Assembly (NCBI RefSeq): GCF_039654945.1
Contig: NW_027361924.1
Location: forward strand, 4,526,001 to 4,590,000
Origin: Dendrobates tinctorius
Taxonomy: Eukaryota
Direction: 5' to 3'
DNA: 64,000 nt
In this document: piece after piece, positions 35,401-46,700 of the stretch
Layout of the letters: each line of letters opens with the position of its first letter
Numbering within the stretch: the first letter of the stretch is position 1
Notes under the pieces: model-generated
Databases searched by the model: none
Told to the model about the DNA's origin: nothing
Seen by the model: the letters and a program-made list of their open reading frames with translations, nothing else
Translations under genes and position numbers: made by a program

Positions 35401-38400
35401 ACATCATACACATACACCTCTTGTAATCCCTCCCACTGATGACATCATACACATACACCTCTTGTAATCCCTCCCACTGAGGACATCATACACATACACC
35501 TCTTGTAATCCCTCCCACTGAGGACATCATACACATACACCTCTTGTAATCCCTCCCACTGAGGACATCATACACATACACCTCTTGTAATCCCTCCCAC
35601 TGATGACATCATACACATACACCTCTTGTAATCCCTCCCACTGATGACATCATACACATACACCTCTTGTAATCCCTCCCACTGATGACATCATACACAT
35701 ACACCTCTTGTAATCCCTCCCACTGATGACATCATACACATACACCTCTTGTAATCCCTCCCACTGATGACATCATACACCTCTTGTAATCCCTCCCACT
35801 GATGACATCATACACCTCTTGTACTCCCTCCCACTGATGACATCATACACCTCTTGTACTCCCTCCCACTGATGACATCATACACATACACCTCTTGTAA
35901 TCCCTCCCACTGATGACATCATACACATACACCTCTGGTAATCCCTCCCACTGAGGACATCATACACATACACCTCTTGTAATCCCTCCCACTGAGGACA
36001 TCATACACATACACCTCTTGTAATCCCTCCCACTGATGACATCATACACATACACCTCTTGTAATCCCTCCCACTGATGACATCATACACATACACCTCT
36101 TGTAATCCCTCCCACTGATGACATCTTACACATACACCTCTTGTAATCCCTCCCACTGATGACATCATACACCTCTTGTACTCCCTCCCACTGATGACAT
36201 CATACACATACACCTCTTGTAATCCCTCCCACTGATGACATCATACACATACACCTCTTGTAATCCCTCCCACTGATGACATCTTACACATACACCTCTT
36301 GTAATCCCTCCCACTGATGACATCTTACACATACACCTCTTGTAATCCCTCCCACTGATGACATCTTACACATACACCTCTTGTAATCCCTCCCACTGAT
36401 GACATCATACACCTCTTGTACTCCCTCCCACTGATGACATCATACACATGCATCTCTTGTAATCCCTCCCACTGATGACGACATACACCTCTGGTAATCC
36501 CTCCCACTGATGACGACATACACATACACCTCTGGTAATCCCTCCCACTGACATCCTACACCTCTGATAATCCCTCCACCCTGATGATATCCTACACATA
36601 CACCTCTGATAATCCCTCCACACTGATGACATCATACACATATACCTCTGATAACCTCTCCCACCAGTATGGATGATATTATGTCAACAGTGGGAGCGAT
36701 TCAGAGCTGTAGGATGTGATGTCACGGGTGGGAGGGATTATCAGAGCTGTATGATGTGATGTCATCAGTGGGAGGGATTATCAGAGCTGTATGATGTGAT
36801 GTCACTGGTGGGGGGATTATCAGAGCTGTATGATGTGATGTCATCAGTGGGAGGGATTATCAGAGCTGTATGATGTGATGTCACTGGTGGGGGATTATCA
36901 GAGCTGTATGATGTGATGTCTTCAGTGGGAGGGATTATCAGAGCTGTATGATGTGATGTCACTGGTGGGAGGGATTATCAGAGCTGTATGATGTGATGTC
37001 TTCAGTGGGAGGGATTATCAGAGCTGTATGATGTGATGTCACTGGTGGGAGGGATTATCAGAGCTGTATGATGTGATGTCACTGGTGGGAGGGATTATCA
37101 GAGCTGTATGGTGTGATGTCACTGGTGGGGGGATTATCAGAGCTGAATGATGTGATGTCACTGGTGGGGGGGATTATCAGAGCTGTATGATGTGATGTCA
37201 TCAGTGGGAGGGATTATCAGAGCTGAATGATGTGATGTCACTGGTGGGGGGGATTATCAGAGCTGTATGATGTGATGTCATCAGTGGGAGGGATTATCAG
37301 AGCTGTATGATGTGATGTCTTCAGTGGGAGGGAATATCAGCTGTATGATGTGATGTCACTGGTGGGAGGGATTATCAGAGCTGTATGGTGTGATGTCACT
37401 GGTGGGAGGGATTATCAGAGCTGTGTGATGTCTTCAGTGGGAGGGATTATCAGAGCTGTATGATGTGATGTCTTCAGTGGGAGGGATTATCAGAGCTGTA
37501 TGATGTGATGTCACTGGTGGGAGGGATTATCAGAGCTGTATGGTGTGATGTCACTGGTGGGAGGGATTATCAGAGCTGTATGGTGTGATGTCACTGGTGG
37601 GGGGATTTCTGCATTAGTCTAGGCACATAGTGGGCACCTGGGACTCAGCCGTTTTCACCTTTCTTCTTGGTCGATTCTTGTGTTTCTCGTCTTTATTATA
37701 GAATAATGTAATTTTCTTTTTACAGAAGGGGGAAGAACTGGAGGAAGGAGTGACCAGTGAAGGTAAATGCCCGGTGTATCTTCTATGCAGATGATGTTCA
37801 GGACACAGGTTAGGAGAGGTCCGGGGAGGCTGATGGTGGGTCACTTGGTGGAAGAGCATTCCTGGCACAGTGCAGTGGAGGGGGATCTCGGAGGACGCTA
37901 ATGTAGAGTGGGGGAGAGGTAGAATGGCTCAATGTGATGGGGGTCAGCAGAAGCAAGGCCAGTGTGATGAGTCAATTGAGGCTGGACGAGTTTAATGGAG
38001 TCGTCAGTAGAGGTCGTAACAGTGTGATAAGATGGGTTTGGGGAGGCTGCTGATTGGAGGTCAGTGTAATAGAATAGGAGGTCATAAGTAAGCTAGAGGG
38101 AGGTTATGGGAGGCCGCTGCAATGTAGTGAGAGATTCTGGCAGGCCGGGGCAATGTAACGAGAGGGAGGCTGGTGCGGCGGGAGGGGATCTGGGGAGGCC
38201 CGTGCGGCGGGAGGGGATCTGGGGAGGCCCGTGCGGCGGGAGGGGATCTGGGGAGGCCCGTGCGGCGGGAGGGGATCTGGGGAGGGCCCGTGCGGCGGGA
38301 GGGGATCTGGGGAGGCCCGTGCGGTGAGATCGGAGGGGATCTGGGGAGGCCCGTGCGGTGAGATCGGAGGGGATCTGGGGAGGCAGATGCGGTGAGATTG

Positions 38401-39454
38401 AAGGGGATCTGGAGAGGCCGGTGCGGTGGGAGGGGATCTGAGGAGGTTGGTGCAGTGAGATTGGAGGGGATCTGGGGAGGCCGGTGCGGTGGGAGGGCAT
38501 CTTGGGAGGCCGGTGGGAGTGGATCTGGGGAAGCCTGTGCAGTGGAAGGGGATCTGAGGAGGCAGGTGCGGTGGGAGGGGATCTGGGGAAGCTGGTGCGG
38601 TGAGATTGGAGGGGATCTGGGGAAGCCGTTGCGGTGGGAGGGGATCTGGGGAAGCCGTTGCGGTGAGATTGGAGGGGATCTGGGGAAACCGTTGCGGTGG
38701 GAGGGGATCTGGGGAGGCCGCTGCGGTGGGAGGGGATCTTGGGAAGCCGGTGCGGCGAGATTGGAGGGGATTTGGGGAAGCCGGTGCGGTGAGATTGGAG
38801 GGGATTTGGGGAAGCCGGTGCGGTGAGATTGGAGGGGATTTGGGGAGGCCGGTGCGGTGGGATTGGAGGGGATCTGGGGAAGCCGGTTGCGGTGAGATAG
38901 GTGGGATCTGGTGAGGCCGGTACGGGTGGGAAGGGATCTGGGGAGGCCGGTACGGGTGGGATCTGGCGAAGCCGATGCGGTGGGAGGGGATCTGGGGAAG
39001 CCGGTGTGGTGAGATTGGAGGGGATCTGGGGAGGCTGGTGCGGTGGGAGGGGATCTGGGGAAGCCGGTGTGGTGAGATTGGAGGGGATCTGGGGAGGCTG
39101 GTGCGGTGGGAGGGGATCTGGGGAGGCCGATGCGGTGAGATTGGAGGGGATCTGGGAAGGCCGGTGCGGTGGGAGGGGATCTGGGGAGGCCGGTGCGGTG
39201 AGATTGGATTGGCTCTGGGGAGGCTGGTGCCGTGGGATTCCATCGGCCTTTCCCTGACCCCTTCCGGAGTGATGGGGATTTATTTATCAATCTTTCCTTT
39301 TACAGAATTTGACAAGTTTCTGGAAGAACGAGCCAAAGCCGTAGAGCATGTCCCGGACCTCCCGTCTCCCCCCACCACAGAGCCCTCCGTGACAGAGAAT
39401 CCCACAAATCGGAAGAAGCAGGAGCGGGTGGATGACTCTCTGTTTGCGTTGTAA
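4660..39454 (+). CDS. TOM1L2: TOM1-like protein 2 (VHS + GAT endosomal adaptor), complete; 504 aa without / 526 aa with cassette exon
   Basis: Exons 4660-4711, 17449-17533, 17814-17892, 24656-24805, 27698-27832, 28579-28734, 28823-28939, 29023-29156, 29229-29274, 29366-29486, 29830-29947, 30843-30918, (31396-31461), 34648-34707, 37726-37762, 39306-39454 join in frame with GT-AG introns: [30 protein letters not shown] ... [11 protein letters not shown] ... DDSLFAL*. Confidence 0.97.
4770..8560. repeat. Compound minisatellite of ~16-18 bp units (TATACACACAGCCCG variants), interrupted by a MITE
   Basis: Visible tandem variants CAGCCCGTATATACA / CAGAGCCCG / CAGCAAG / CAGAACGTG. Confidence 0.95.
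6749..7288. mobile_element. hAT-type non-autonomous element (MITE), copy 1
   Basis: TIR CAGGGCTGTGGAGTCGG...CCGACTCCACAGCCCTG, 8-bp TSD ATACACAC on both sides, subterminal (GACTCC)n. Confidence 0.9.
8560..10060. repeat. 42-bp minisatellite (TATACAGTCCTGTATACCCCATATACTCACTATACTCCTCTA)
   Basis: 42-bp period, seen as 14-aa repeats in the ORF track. Confidence 0.95.
10563..10978. repeat. 24-bp near-perfect tandem array (~17 copies) grown from the arm of a MITE-like element starting ~10430
   Basis: CCGAATACGGAGGTAAAATGCTGA repeated; inverted single copy at 10439-10480. Confidence 0.92.
11722..13354 (-). mobile_element. Tc1/mariner-superfamily DNA transposon, DD38E type, full length with ~270-bp TIRs
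   Basis: TA|CAGTACAGACCAAAAG ... TTTGGTCCGTACTG|TA; TIRs ~11722-11989 and ~13084-13354; internal transposase. Confidence 0.95.
11885..12937 (-). pseudogene. Tc1-like transposase with 5' lesions (GTG at the likely start 12937; in-frame TAA at 12877-12875); 319 codons open downstream
   Basis: GRPR linker, [16 protein letters not shown] and SPDLNPIE motifs; 38 residues between the second D and E. Confidence 0.9.
14487..14789. mobile_element. Palindromic MITE (PIF/Harbinger-like)
   Basis: TGTGCACACGTTGCGGATTTGGCTGCGGAT ... ATCCGCAGCCAAATCCGCAGCGTGTGCACA inverted arms; TGA on both flanks. Confidence 0.75.
15165..15660. repeat. Degenerate ~43-bp tandem repeat (CTGCTCTGTGATTGGTTGCTACACTGCTGTGGTAAAATGACAG)
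   Basis: About 10 diverged units. Confidence 0.8.
17449..17533 (+). CDS. TOM1L2: TOM1L2 exon 2 (VHS)
   Basis: ggcag|AA ... GG|gtgagt; [29 protein letters not shown]. Confidence 0.97.
17814..17892 (+). CDS. TOM1L2: TOM1L2 exon 3 (VHS)
   Basis: cttag|G ... ACG|gtacgc; [26 protein letters not shown]. Confidence 0.97.
19799..21247 (+). pseudogene. DIRS ORF1 (gag-like), frameshifted
   Basis: N-terminal CxxC...CxxC, then [14 protein letters not shown]...[10 protein letters not shown] and [12 protein letters not shown] segments split across frames with stops. Confidence 0.75.
21248..23153 (+). pseudogene. DIRS reverse transcriptase / RNase H / methyltransferase-like ORF, frameshifted
   Basis: [46 protein letters not shown]; RNase H INLLE / SDNAT; DLMAS...YLFPP. 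Confidence 0.92.
23140..24150 (+). pseudogene. DIRS tyrosine recombinase ORF, frameshifted
   Basis: [23 protein letters not shown], downstream GAHSTRAVG and HTFSKHY motifs. Confidence 0.9.
24656..24805 (+). CDS. TOM1L2: TOM1L2 exon 4 (VHS)
   Basis: ctcag|GTT ... CAG|gtgggc; [17 protein letters not shown]...DKVLALIQ. Confidence 0.97.
24870..27070. repeat. Pyrimidine-rich tract and ~34-40 bp minisatellite (CTCTGGCCCTCACATTCCTATGTTCTCT...), with assembly gap 25549-25761
   Basis: Visible tandem units, (CTCTCC)n at ~26865-26950, 213 Ns. Confidence 0.93.
27698..27832 (+). CDS. TOM1L2: TOM1L2 exon 5
   Basis: [45 protein letters not shown]; AG/GT flanks. Confidence 0.97.
28579..28734 (+). CDS. TOM1L2: TOM1L2 exon 6
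   Basis: SVPEVDPA...GPITANSEQ|gtaagc. Confidence 0.95.
28823..28939 (+). CDS. TOM1L2: TOM1L2 exon 7 (GAT)
   Basis: [39 protein letters not shown]. Confidence 0.97.
29023..29156 (+). CDS. TOM1L2: TOM1L2 exon 8 (GAT)
   Basis: [45 protein letters not shown]. Confidence 0.97.
29229..29274 (+). CDS. TOM1L2: TOM1L2 exon 9
   Basis: [15 protein letters not shown]; attag|G ... GGG|gtgaga. Confidence 0.93.
29366..29486 (+). CDS. TOM1L2: TOM1L2 exon 10 (clathrin-box-like LIDLG)
   Basis: [28 protein letters not shown]. Confidence 0.95.
29830..29947 (+). CDS. TOM1L2: TOM1L2 exon 11
   Basis: SVSSTLS...[22 protein letters not shown]. Confidence 0.95.
30145..30630 (+). repeat. ~54-57 bp tandem array, 9 copies, each with CACCACTAGGGGGAGCTC or a close variant
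   Basis: Visible units GATCCTGTCTGCAGTCACCACTAGGGGGAGCTCCCTGTATACAGAGATACAT. Confidence 0.92.
30843..30918 (+). CDS. TOM1L2: TOM1L2 exon 12
   Basis: [25 protein letters not shown]|gtatgt. Confidence 0.95.
31396..31461 (+). CDS. TOM1L2: TOM1L2 candidate cassette exon (66 nt, phase 0-0)
   Basis: Long T tract + cccag|AGG ... ATG|gtgagc; [22 protein letters not shown], open and frame-preserving. Confidence 0.75.
32085..33200. repeat. 30-bp purine-rich minisatellite (GAGGGGGGATCCTGGAGAGGAGGAGCATAT), ~37 copies
   Basis: 30-bp period, seen as 10-aa repeats in all frames. Confidence 0.95.
34648..34707 (+). CDS. TOM1L2: TOM1L2 exon (myosin VI-binding-type motif LEEWL)
   Basis: [20 protein letters not shown]; tgtag|ATT ... 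GTG|gtgaga. Confidence 0.93.
34860..36665 (+). repeat. 41-bp minisatellite (TAATCCCTCCCACTGATGACATCATACACATACACCTCTTG)
   Basis: 41-bp period with 35-bp variants. Confidence 0.95.
36680..37606 (-). repeat. 40-bp minisatellite, inverted relative of the preceding array
   Basis: GATGTCATCAGTGGGAGGGATTA is the reverse complement of TAATCCCTCCCACTGATGACATC. Confidence 0.93.
37726..37762 (+). CDS. TOM1L2: TOM1L2 penultimate exon
   Basis: [12 protein letters not shown]; tacag|AAG ... G|gtaaat. Confidence 0.95.
38165..39235. repeat. G-rich ~29-37 bp minisatellite (GGAGGGGATCTGGGGAGGCCGGTGCGGTG)
   Basis: Visible tandem units. Confidence 0.92.
39306..39454 (+). CDS. TOM1L2: TOM1L2 last coding exon
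   Basis: [23 protein letters not shown]...[14 protein letters not shown]. Confidence 0.97.
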
Positions 39455-39985
39455 TCAGCACCCTGTATCGCTCCCGCCGCTCTCCTGCCGCATTCAGGCC
39501 CCTCATACCACACACCATGTCATCATTTATAGGACACAGGCGAGGGCGGACGAATCGTGGACTGCTGCTATCCTACAAATAGCCGCTCAGTGGGATCCGG
39601 TGACGTCACTGCATGTACACGGTGTACAAGATGACCCCTCACTTATAATTAACCAGAAATTACTAATATCCGGGTCGTCTTGTGATCGATGATCTGTCTC
39701 TCCGGAAATGGCTCATCTGGATCGCTCTTGTCACGGAAGTCACCCCTTCCCAACCTCATTTTGGGAATGACCCATTCTCATTTTTAATGAGTGGCCTGTA
39801 CCAATAGTTAGAGAATAGGGGGGGTGCATTTAGGCGCCTGCCCTGCTACATATAGTATTCTATGGTATTGTTCTCCTAGGTGGCGCTCTTACACATTCCT
39901 CCTTTTCCTTGTACATGCTCCTTTCCCTGCTCCCCCTGGTTATTGCAATAGCACTGCATGTCTCATCTCTGGGAAAACTCTTGTT

Positions 39986-39990
<5 letters not shown>

Positions 39991-40072
<82 letters not shown>
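39991..40072. repeat. (TA)n microsatellite in the TOM1L2 3'UTR
   Basis: About 41 perfect TA units. Confidence 0.95.
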
Positions 40073-40075
<3 letters not shown>

Positions 40076-41439
40076 TGTACATATATATAGAGCGCGGGGT
40101 TGAGAGTGAGAATATAATGTATACCTGAACTGCAATGTTTGCACAGCTTTTCTTACCTCTTAGCCGCTCATCGAGACGAGCGTCCGCCATGCCGTGTTAA
40201 TTTCTGCCCATTATTCAGCATCGGACGATCAGTACCGATAGGCCGGTCATGGCGGACGTCACTACAGCATGCACGCGGAAGTCTCTCTTCACCCGTCGTC
40301 CCCTTAACCCCTTTGGATGCCATATTATTTTTTTCTGTCGGTTTAGCACATAGGGGGCGACGATGAGCTCGTCCATGACCCTGCTGCCGATGGCTTGTAG
40401 TTCTTGTTTTATCGTTCTGGGGGTTTTGTGTTTTTCATTTATAGCACTGATGGTTTTCACTACTGATTGTCAGCAGCCTGGACCCCCCGAAACGCCACCG
40501 ACTGCCATAATTCAGGGGAAAATTTAATTTGGCTGTGGCCTTTTTTATTTATTTATTTTTTTCATTTTTAGGACTTGAATGTTTGGATGTGTTGTTAGAA
40601 TATACTGTAGATATATAGGGAGAGGCGCGAGGCTCAGAGCGCCCCCCGGCAGCCAGAGAGAGCAGCGCTTTACAGTGGCACTTTTGCAGAAAAAAATATT
40701 TAAAGGGAAAATCTCTAGTGAAATGGGGGGGAAGTGTTCAGCCAATGTAGCAATTTGGGGCTGAACCTTCTACCCCTGTTCTTGGCTCGTAATCTGTTTT
40801 AATGTATATCCCACCCATATGTTTAATGCCATGGCAAAGGTCCAAGCGGGACCCCCGTAGTAGTCACATAGATGCTTGTTATGCTGGTGTTGGGTGCTCT
40901 ACTTTCCAGACCTATTACCCAGTTATATATATGATATGTAGGATTATATAGGACAGCTCAAGAGTAGGTGCCACTAATATAGGGAGGATTACTATCCTAC
41001 ACAGAGCGAGGGTCCCCAAGCTGGTGCCCCCCCCCATCTATAGAGTCCACATGACTACTAGGACACATGGAAAAAGGGTCCTCTCCAAGCGATGCTTGTA
41101 AATATTATGACCTCCCCCAGAAACATTACCAGCTTCCTTTCCACCCCGTTCACAGTGCCAGGCTGCTGCCTCCCTGGTTCCTATGCTACAACTAACCTGT
41201 ATATTAAATATCTTAAATTATTGTATATTTTATACATACGAACACTAATAGATTATTAACATTACAGAGATTATTTATTTGTTGCGTTCTGCCCGTGGAT
41301 CTTAATATTTTTTTTTTCTTCGGAAAATACATAATTTTAAGAGTTCATGACGTTGTCTGTAATGAAGTTATTAACCCCCGTCCCCTAGATTGTCTGCTGG
41401 AAATGTCCTTCTGTAGAGACGATAAGTAAGAATATGTTC

Positions 41440-41445
41440 AATAAA
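41440..41445 (+). terminator. Probable TOM1L2 polyadenylation signal
   Basis: AATAAA ~2 kb after the stop, followed by a GT/T-rich downstream tract (41461-41490). Confidence 0.65.
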
Positions 41446-42139
41446 CCCGTAACAAACATCTGGGATCTGTCGTCTCATTTCTTTACTTTCTAGAGACCAG
41501 AGGTCTTCCCCCTATGCACAGGCTGGGATCGGGCCATCATCTACCTCTGATAGAGGCCCCCACACTATGCACACCATGTGGAGTGCTAGCAGCCTACCAT
41601 GTGGAGTGCTAGCAGCCTGCCATGTGTAGTGCTAGCAGCTATCAGGTAGAGAGATAGCAGCCACCATATAGTCACAGAGTCACTCTGGCCTCCCAGATGT
41701 GCACAGTCCCTCCGCTCGCAGTCTCCTTTCTCCTTATACTGAGCAGAACGGAGTCTCAGGCAGCAAATAAGACGACGGTAATTCAGGTCATTAGGAGCAG
41801 ATCAGCCCCTCACCTGACTCCCACCAGATTAGACGGCTCAGCCATTGGGCCCTGACCATCGGACCAGCGCTTCTCCCATATATTATTATTTGCATAATCT
41901 CAAAATTTGACCCCCTGTGATAACAGCCGGCCCTTTGAGCCACCCCCTTTCCCGTTGTGTAACCTCCAGCCCCCCACCATGCCATCTGCTTTTACGAATG
42001 CTACAGATCGGCCGGTGGTGCAGAGCTCACTGATACCAGCGCGGTCCTGTACTGGGAGCCACCTGGGTAACAAACCCGTCCATGACATATCTTCCCTCCT
42101 GAATTTTACCCCATCACCTGTTAGTGATATTACTGAGTA

Positions 42140-42705
42140 GTGGAAGGAACCTCAGCCACGAAGTGGAGACCCCGTAACGTTACGCAGCAGGGGGCCAAGG
42201 GCAGAAAAGTCATCAATACTCTGCTGACTCCTGAACTACAGAGTCCAGTCCTCCTCTGGTATCCACACAAACACTGCGCCCCCCCCCCCCCCACTGGGAG
42301 CTTCATGGCCAAGCTGATGCATGCATCCATACATCACCAAGCACAATGCAGCGCGTCGGATGGAGTGGTGTAAAGCTGCCTCCACTGGACTCTAGAGGAG
42401 GCGTGGTCTGTGCAGTGACGGATCGCACTTCTCTATCTGCGTCTCATGGAGGAGTCTGGGTTTGGTGGTTCCAAAAGGACATTACCCCCTGTATGGTGGA
42501 TGAGGATAACATTTCATAGCATTATCAGGGACCCCAGAACAAGACATTGTGGACAATTGTAGCTTCAGCTTTGTGGGAACAGTTTGGGGAAGACCCTTTT
42601 CTGTTCCTCATGGCTGTACTCGGTGTACAAGGCCCATACAAACATGGAAGGGAAATTTGGTGACCGGCCGCACAGAGCCCTGACCTCAGCCCCATCCTAG
42701 AACAG
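42140..42705 (+). mobile_element. Highly degenerate Tc1-like transposase relic
   Basis: Remnants of SGDP/GRP linker, RRMEWCKA, SD..RFS and CAGAGCCCTGACCTCAGCCCCATC (QSPDLSPI). Confidence 0.6.
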
Positions 42706-42834
42706 CTTGCAAGCAGAGCACGTAAACCTTTCATCAGTGTTCACCCATGAGCCGTCTACCCCGCTATCATTCAGCAAAGGAGCAATCAAGGATAACACTC
42801 AATATCAGTAACTTAACTCCAAGAAGAAGTGCGG

Positions 42835-42976
42835 ATGTAACTGAGCAAATTAAGTATGGCCAAAGCTTCTAGGCCAGACAGCATTCATCCATGGGTATTG
42901 AGGGAGTTGAGCTCCGTAACTGATAGACCGCTGTATCTCATCGTTTTTGGCTATCTTATAACAGGGTTGGTACCGC
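42835..42976 (+). mobile_element. CR1-like LINE ORF2 fragment
   Basis: Translates to KA.RPDSIHPWVLRELSSVTDRPLYLIV...TGLVP, resembling the CR1 KSPGPDGIHPRVLREL segment. Confidence 0.65.
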
Positions 42977-43711
42977 TTGGTTTGCACTCTGCAGCCCCTT
43001 AGAGAATGAATTGAGCCAGGCGGAGATAAAAGTGCCTGATCGGAGTGAGTCCCAGCGGATTGACCTCCACCGATCTTTAGGCTTTTACCGATCCTGTAAC
43101 CTATTTTCCCTGAACAACCCCATTAGATGGCTTGATAATTTTTTTAATAACCGATTGCAAATAATCTAAGGAGAGATAAGGAATAAACGGCGGAGAAAGC
43201 TTAAACCTATGTAACGTCATATTAATTGCCTTTGGGCGCACAATGGGAGGCCAAGAAAACTGCTGTAGGTGGGATGTGGAGGGGGCACTTACTTTTCTTT
43301 CTCCATATACTGTCACACATTGCTGGACTCTGTCCTTGCATTGACTGGGATTACTGAGGAGCAGCTGCCATCAATCACTTACATGACAGCGTATCTGGAG
43401 GTTCTCAGCATCTGAGATCAGAGTTGTGGGAACAGGGAGCTAAATCTCAGCCTTTTGGTGTCTGACTATGTATAAAGCCTGGCAAGAAAAAAAGTGCACC
43501 CATTACGACTGATCAAAATGATGGTAAACCGACAACCCCGTGATCAGCTGATTGCAGGTCCCACAGGAACAGCACAGCGCCGCAACATCTGTAGTGGCCG
43601 CTCTCAGGTACTGCTGCTCAGCTCTCAGTCACTTCAGTAGGAGCCGAACTGCAGTAACAAAGACGGCTGTGCTATCACAGCTCTGTACATCCGGCGGCAG
43701 GTCCACGAGTC

Positions 43712-46700
43712 TGTATATTACCGATACATCGCTCATTATCAGTCACAGACGCGTATATCACCGATACATCGCTCATTATCGGTCACAGACGCGTATATCA
43801 CCGATACATCGCTCATTATCAGTCACAGACGCGTATATCACCGATACATCGCTCATTATCAGTCACAGACGCGTATATCACCGATACGTCGCTCATTATC
43901 GGTCACAGACGCGTATATTACCGATACGTCGCTCATTATCGGTCACACGCGTATATTACCGATACGTCACTCCTTAGCAGTCACAGACGCGTACATTAAT
44001 GATATGTCACTCATTATCAATCACAGACGTGTATATTACCAATATGACGCTAATTATCGGTCACAGACGCGTATATCACCGATACGTCGCTCATTATCGG
44101 TCACACGCGTATATCACCGATACGTCGCTCATTATCGGTCACAGACGTGTATATTACCAATATGACGCTAATTATCGGTCACAGACGCGTATATCACCGA
44201 TACGTCGCTCATTATCGGTCACACGCGTATATCACCGATACGTCACTCCTTAGCAGTCACAGACGCGTACATTACTGATACGTCACTCATTATCAATCAC
44301 AGACGTGTATATTACCAATATGACGCTCATTATCGGTCACAGACGCGTATATCACCGATACGTCGCTCATTATCGGTCACACGCGTATATCACCGATACG
44401 TCGCTCATTATCGGTCACACGCGTATATCACCGATACGTCGCTCATTATCGGTCACACGCGTATATCACCGATACGTCGCTCATTATCGGTCACACGCGT
44501 ATATCACCGATACGTCGCTCATTATCGGTCACAGACGCGTATATTACCGATACGTCGCTCATTATCGGTCACACGCGTATATCACCGATACGTCGCTCGT
44601 TATCGGTCACACGCGTATATCACCGATACGTCGCTCGTTATCGGTCACAGACGCGTATATTACCGATACGTCGCTCATTATCGGTCACACGCGTATATCA
44701 CCGATACGTCGCTCGTTATCGGTCACACGCGTATATCACCGATACGTCGCTCGTTATCGGTCACAGACGCGTATATCACCGATACGTCGCTCGTTATCGG
44801 TCACACGCGTATATCACCGATACGTCGCTCGTTATCGGTCACACGCGTATATCACCGATACGTCGCTCATTATCGGTCACAGACGCGTATATCACCGATA
44901 CGTCGCTCGTTATCGGTCACACGCGTATATCACCGATACGTCGCTCGTTATCGGTCACACGCGTATATCACCGATACGTCGCTCGTTATCGGTCACAGAC
45001 GCGTATATTACCGATACGTCGCTCGTTATCGGTCACACGCGTATATCACCGATACGTCGCTCGTTATCGGTCACAGACGCGTATATCACCGATACGTCGC
45101 TCGTTATCGGTCACACGCGTATATCACCGATACGTCGCTCGTTATCGGTCACACGCGTATATCACCGATACGTCGCTCGTTATCGGTCACAGACGCGTAT
45201 ATTACTGATACGTCGCTCATTATCGGTCACACGCGTATATCACCGATACGTCGCTCGTTATCGGTCACACGCGTATATCACCGATACGTCGCTCGTTATC
45301 GGTCACAGACGCGTATATTACCGATACGTCGCTCGTTATCGGTCACACGCGTATATCACCGATACGTCGCTCGTTATCGGTCACAGACGCGTATATCACC
45401 GATACGTCGCTCGTTATCGGTCACACGCGTATATCACCGATACGTCGCTCGTTATCGGTCACACGCGTATATCACCGATACGTCGCTCGTTATCGGTCAC
45501 AGACGCGTATATTACCGATACGTCGCTCGTTATCGGTCACACGCGTATATTACCGATACGTCGCTCGTTATCGGTCACACGCGTATATCACCGATACGTC
45601 GCTCGTTATCGGTCACAGACGCGTATATTACTGATACGTCGCTCATTATCGGTCACAGACGCGTATATCACCGATACGTCGCTCATTATCGGTCACACGC
45701 GTATATTACCGATACGTCACTCCTTAGCAGTCACAGACGCGTACATTACTGATACGTCACTCATTATCAATCACAGATGTGTATATTACCAATATGACGC
45801 TCATTATCGGTCACAGACGCGTATATCACCGATACGTCGCTCATTATCGGTCACACGCGTATATCACCAATACGTCGCTCATTATCGGTCACACGCGTAT
45901 ATCACCGATACGTCGCTCATTATCGGTCACAGACGCGTATATTACCGATACGTCGCTCGTTATCGGTCACACGCGTATATCACCGATACGTCGCTCATTA
46001 TCGGTCACAGACGCGTATATCACCGATACGTCGCTCGTTATCGGTCACAGACGCGTATATTACCGATACGTCGCTCATTATCGGTCACACGCGTATATCA
46101 CCGATACGTCGCTCGTTATCGGTCACACGCGTATATCACCGATACGTCGCTCGTTATCGGTCACAGACGCGTATATTACCGATACGTCGCTCGTTATCGG
46201 TCACACGCGTATATCACCGATACGTCGCTCGTTATCGGTCACAGACGCGTATATCACCGATACGTCGCTCGTTATCGGTCACACGCGTATATCACCGATA
46301 CGTCGCTCGTTATCGGTCACACGCGTATATCACCGATACGTCGCTCGTTATCGGTCACAGACGCGTATATTACTGATACGTCGCTCATTATCGGTCACAC
46401 GCGTATATCACCGATACGTCGCTCGTTATCGGTCACACGCGTATATCACCGATACGTCGCTCGTTATCGGTCACAGACGCGTATATTACCGATACGTCGC
46501 TCGTTATCGGTCACACGCGTATATCACTGATACGTCGCTCGTTATCGGTCACAGACGCGTATATCACCGATACGTCGCTCGTTATCGGTCACAGACGCGT
46601 ATATCACCGATACGTCGCTCATTATCGGTCACACGCGTATATCACCGATACGTCGCTCGTTATCGGTCACACGCGTATATCACCGATACGTCGCTCGTTA

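Noticed and set aside
34860-36665. Repeated CTGATGA suggesting hammerhead ribozymes or C/D snoRNAs
   Set aside because: No GAAA core or stems for a hammerhead, and no snoRNA-like terminal stem or guide region.
38082-39290. Pro-rich 380-400 aa minus-strand ORFs
   Set aside because: Translations of the G-rich minisatellite.
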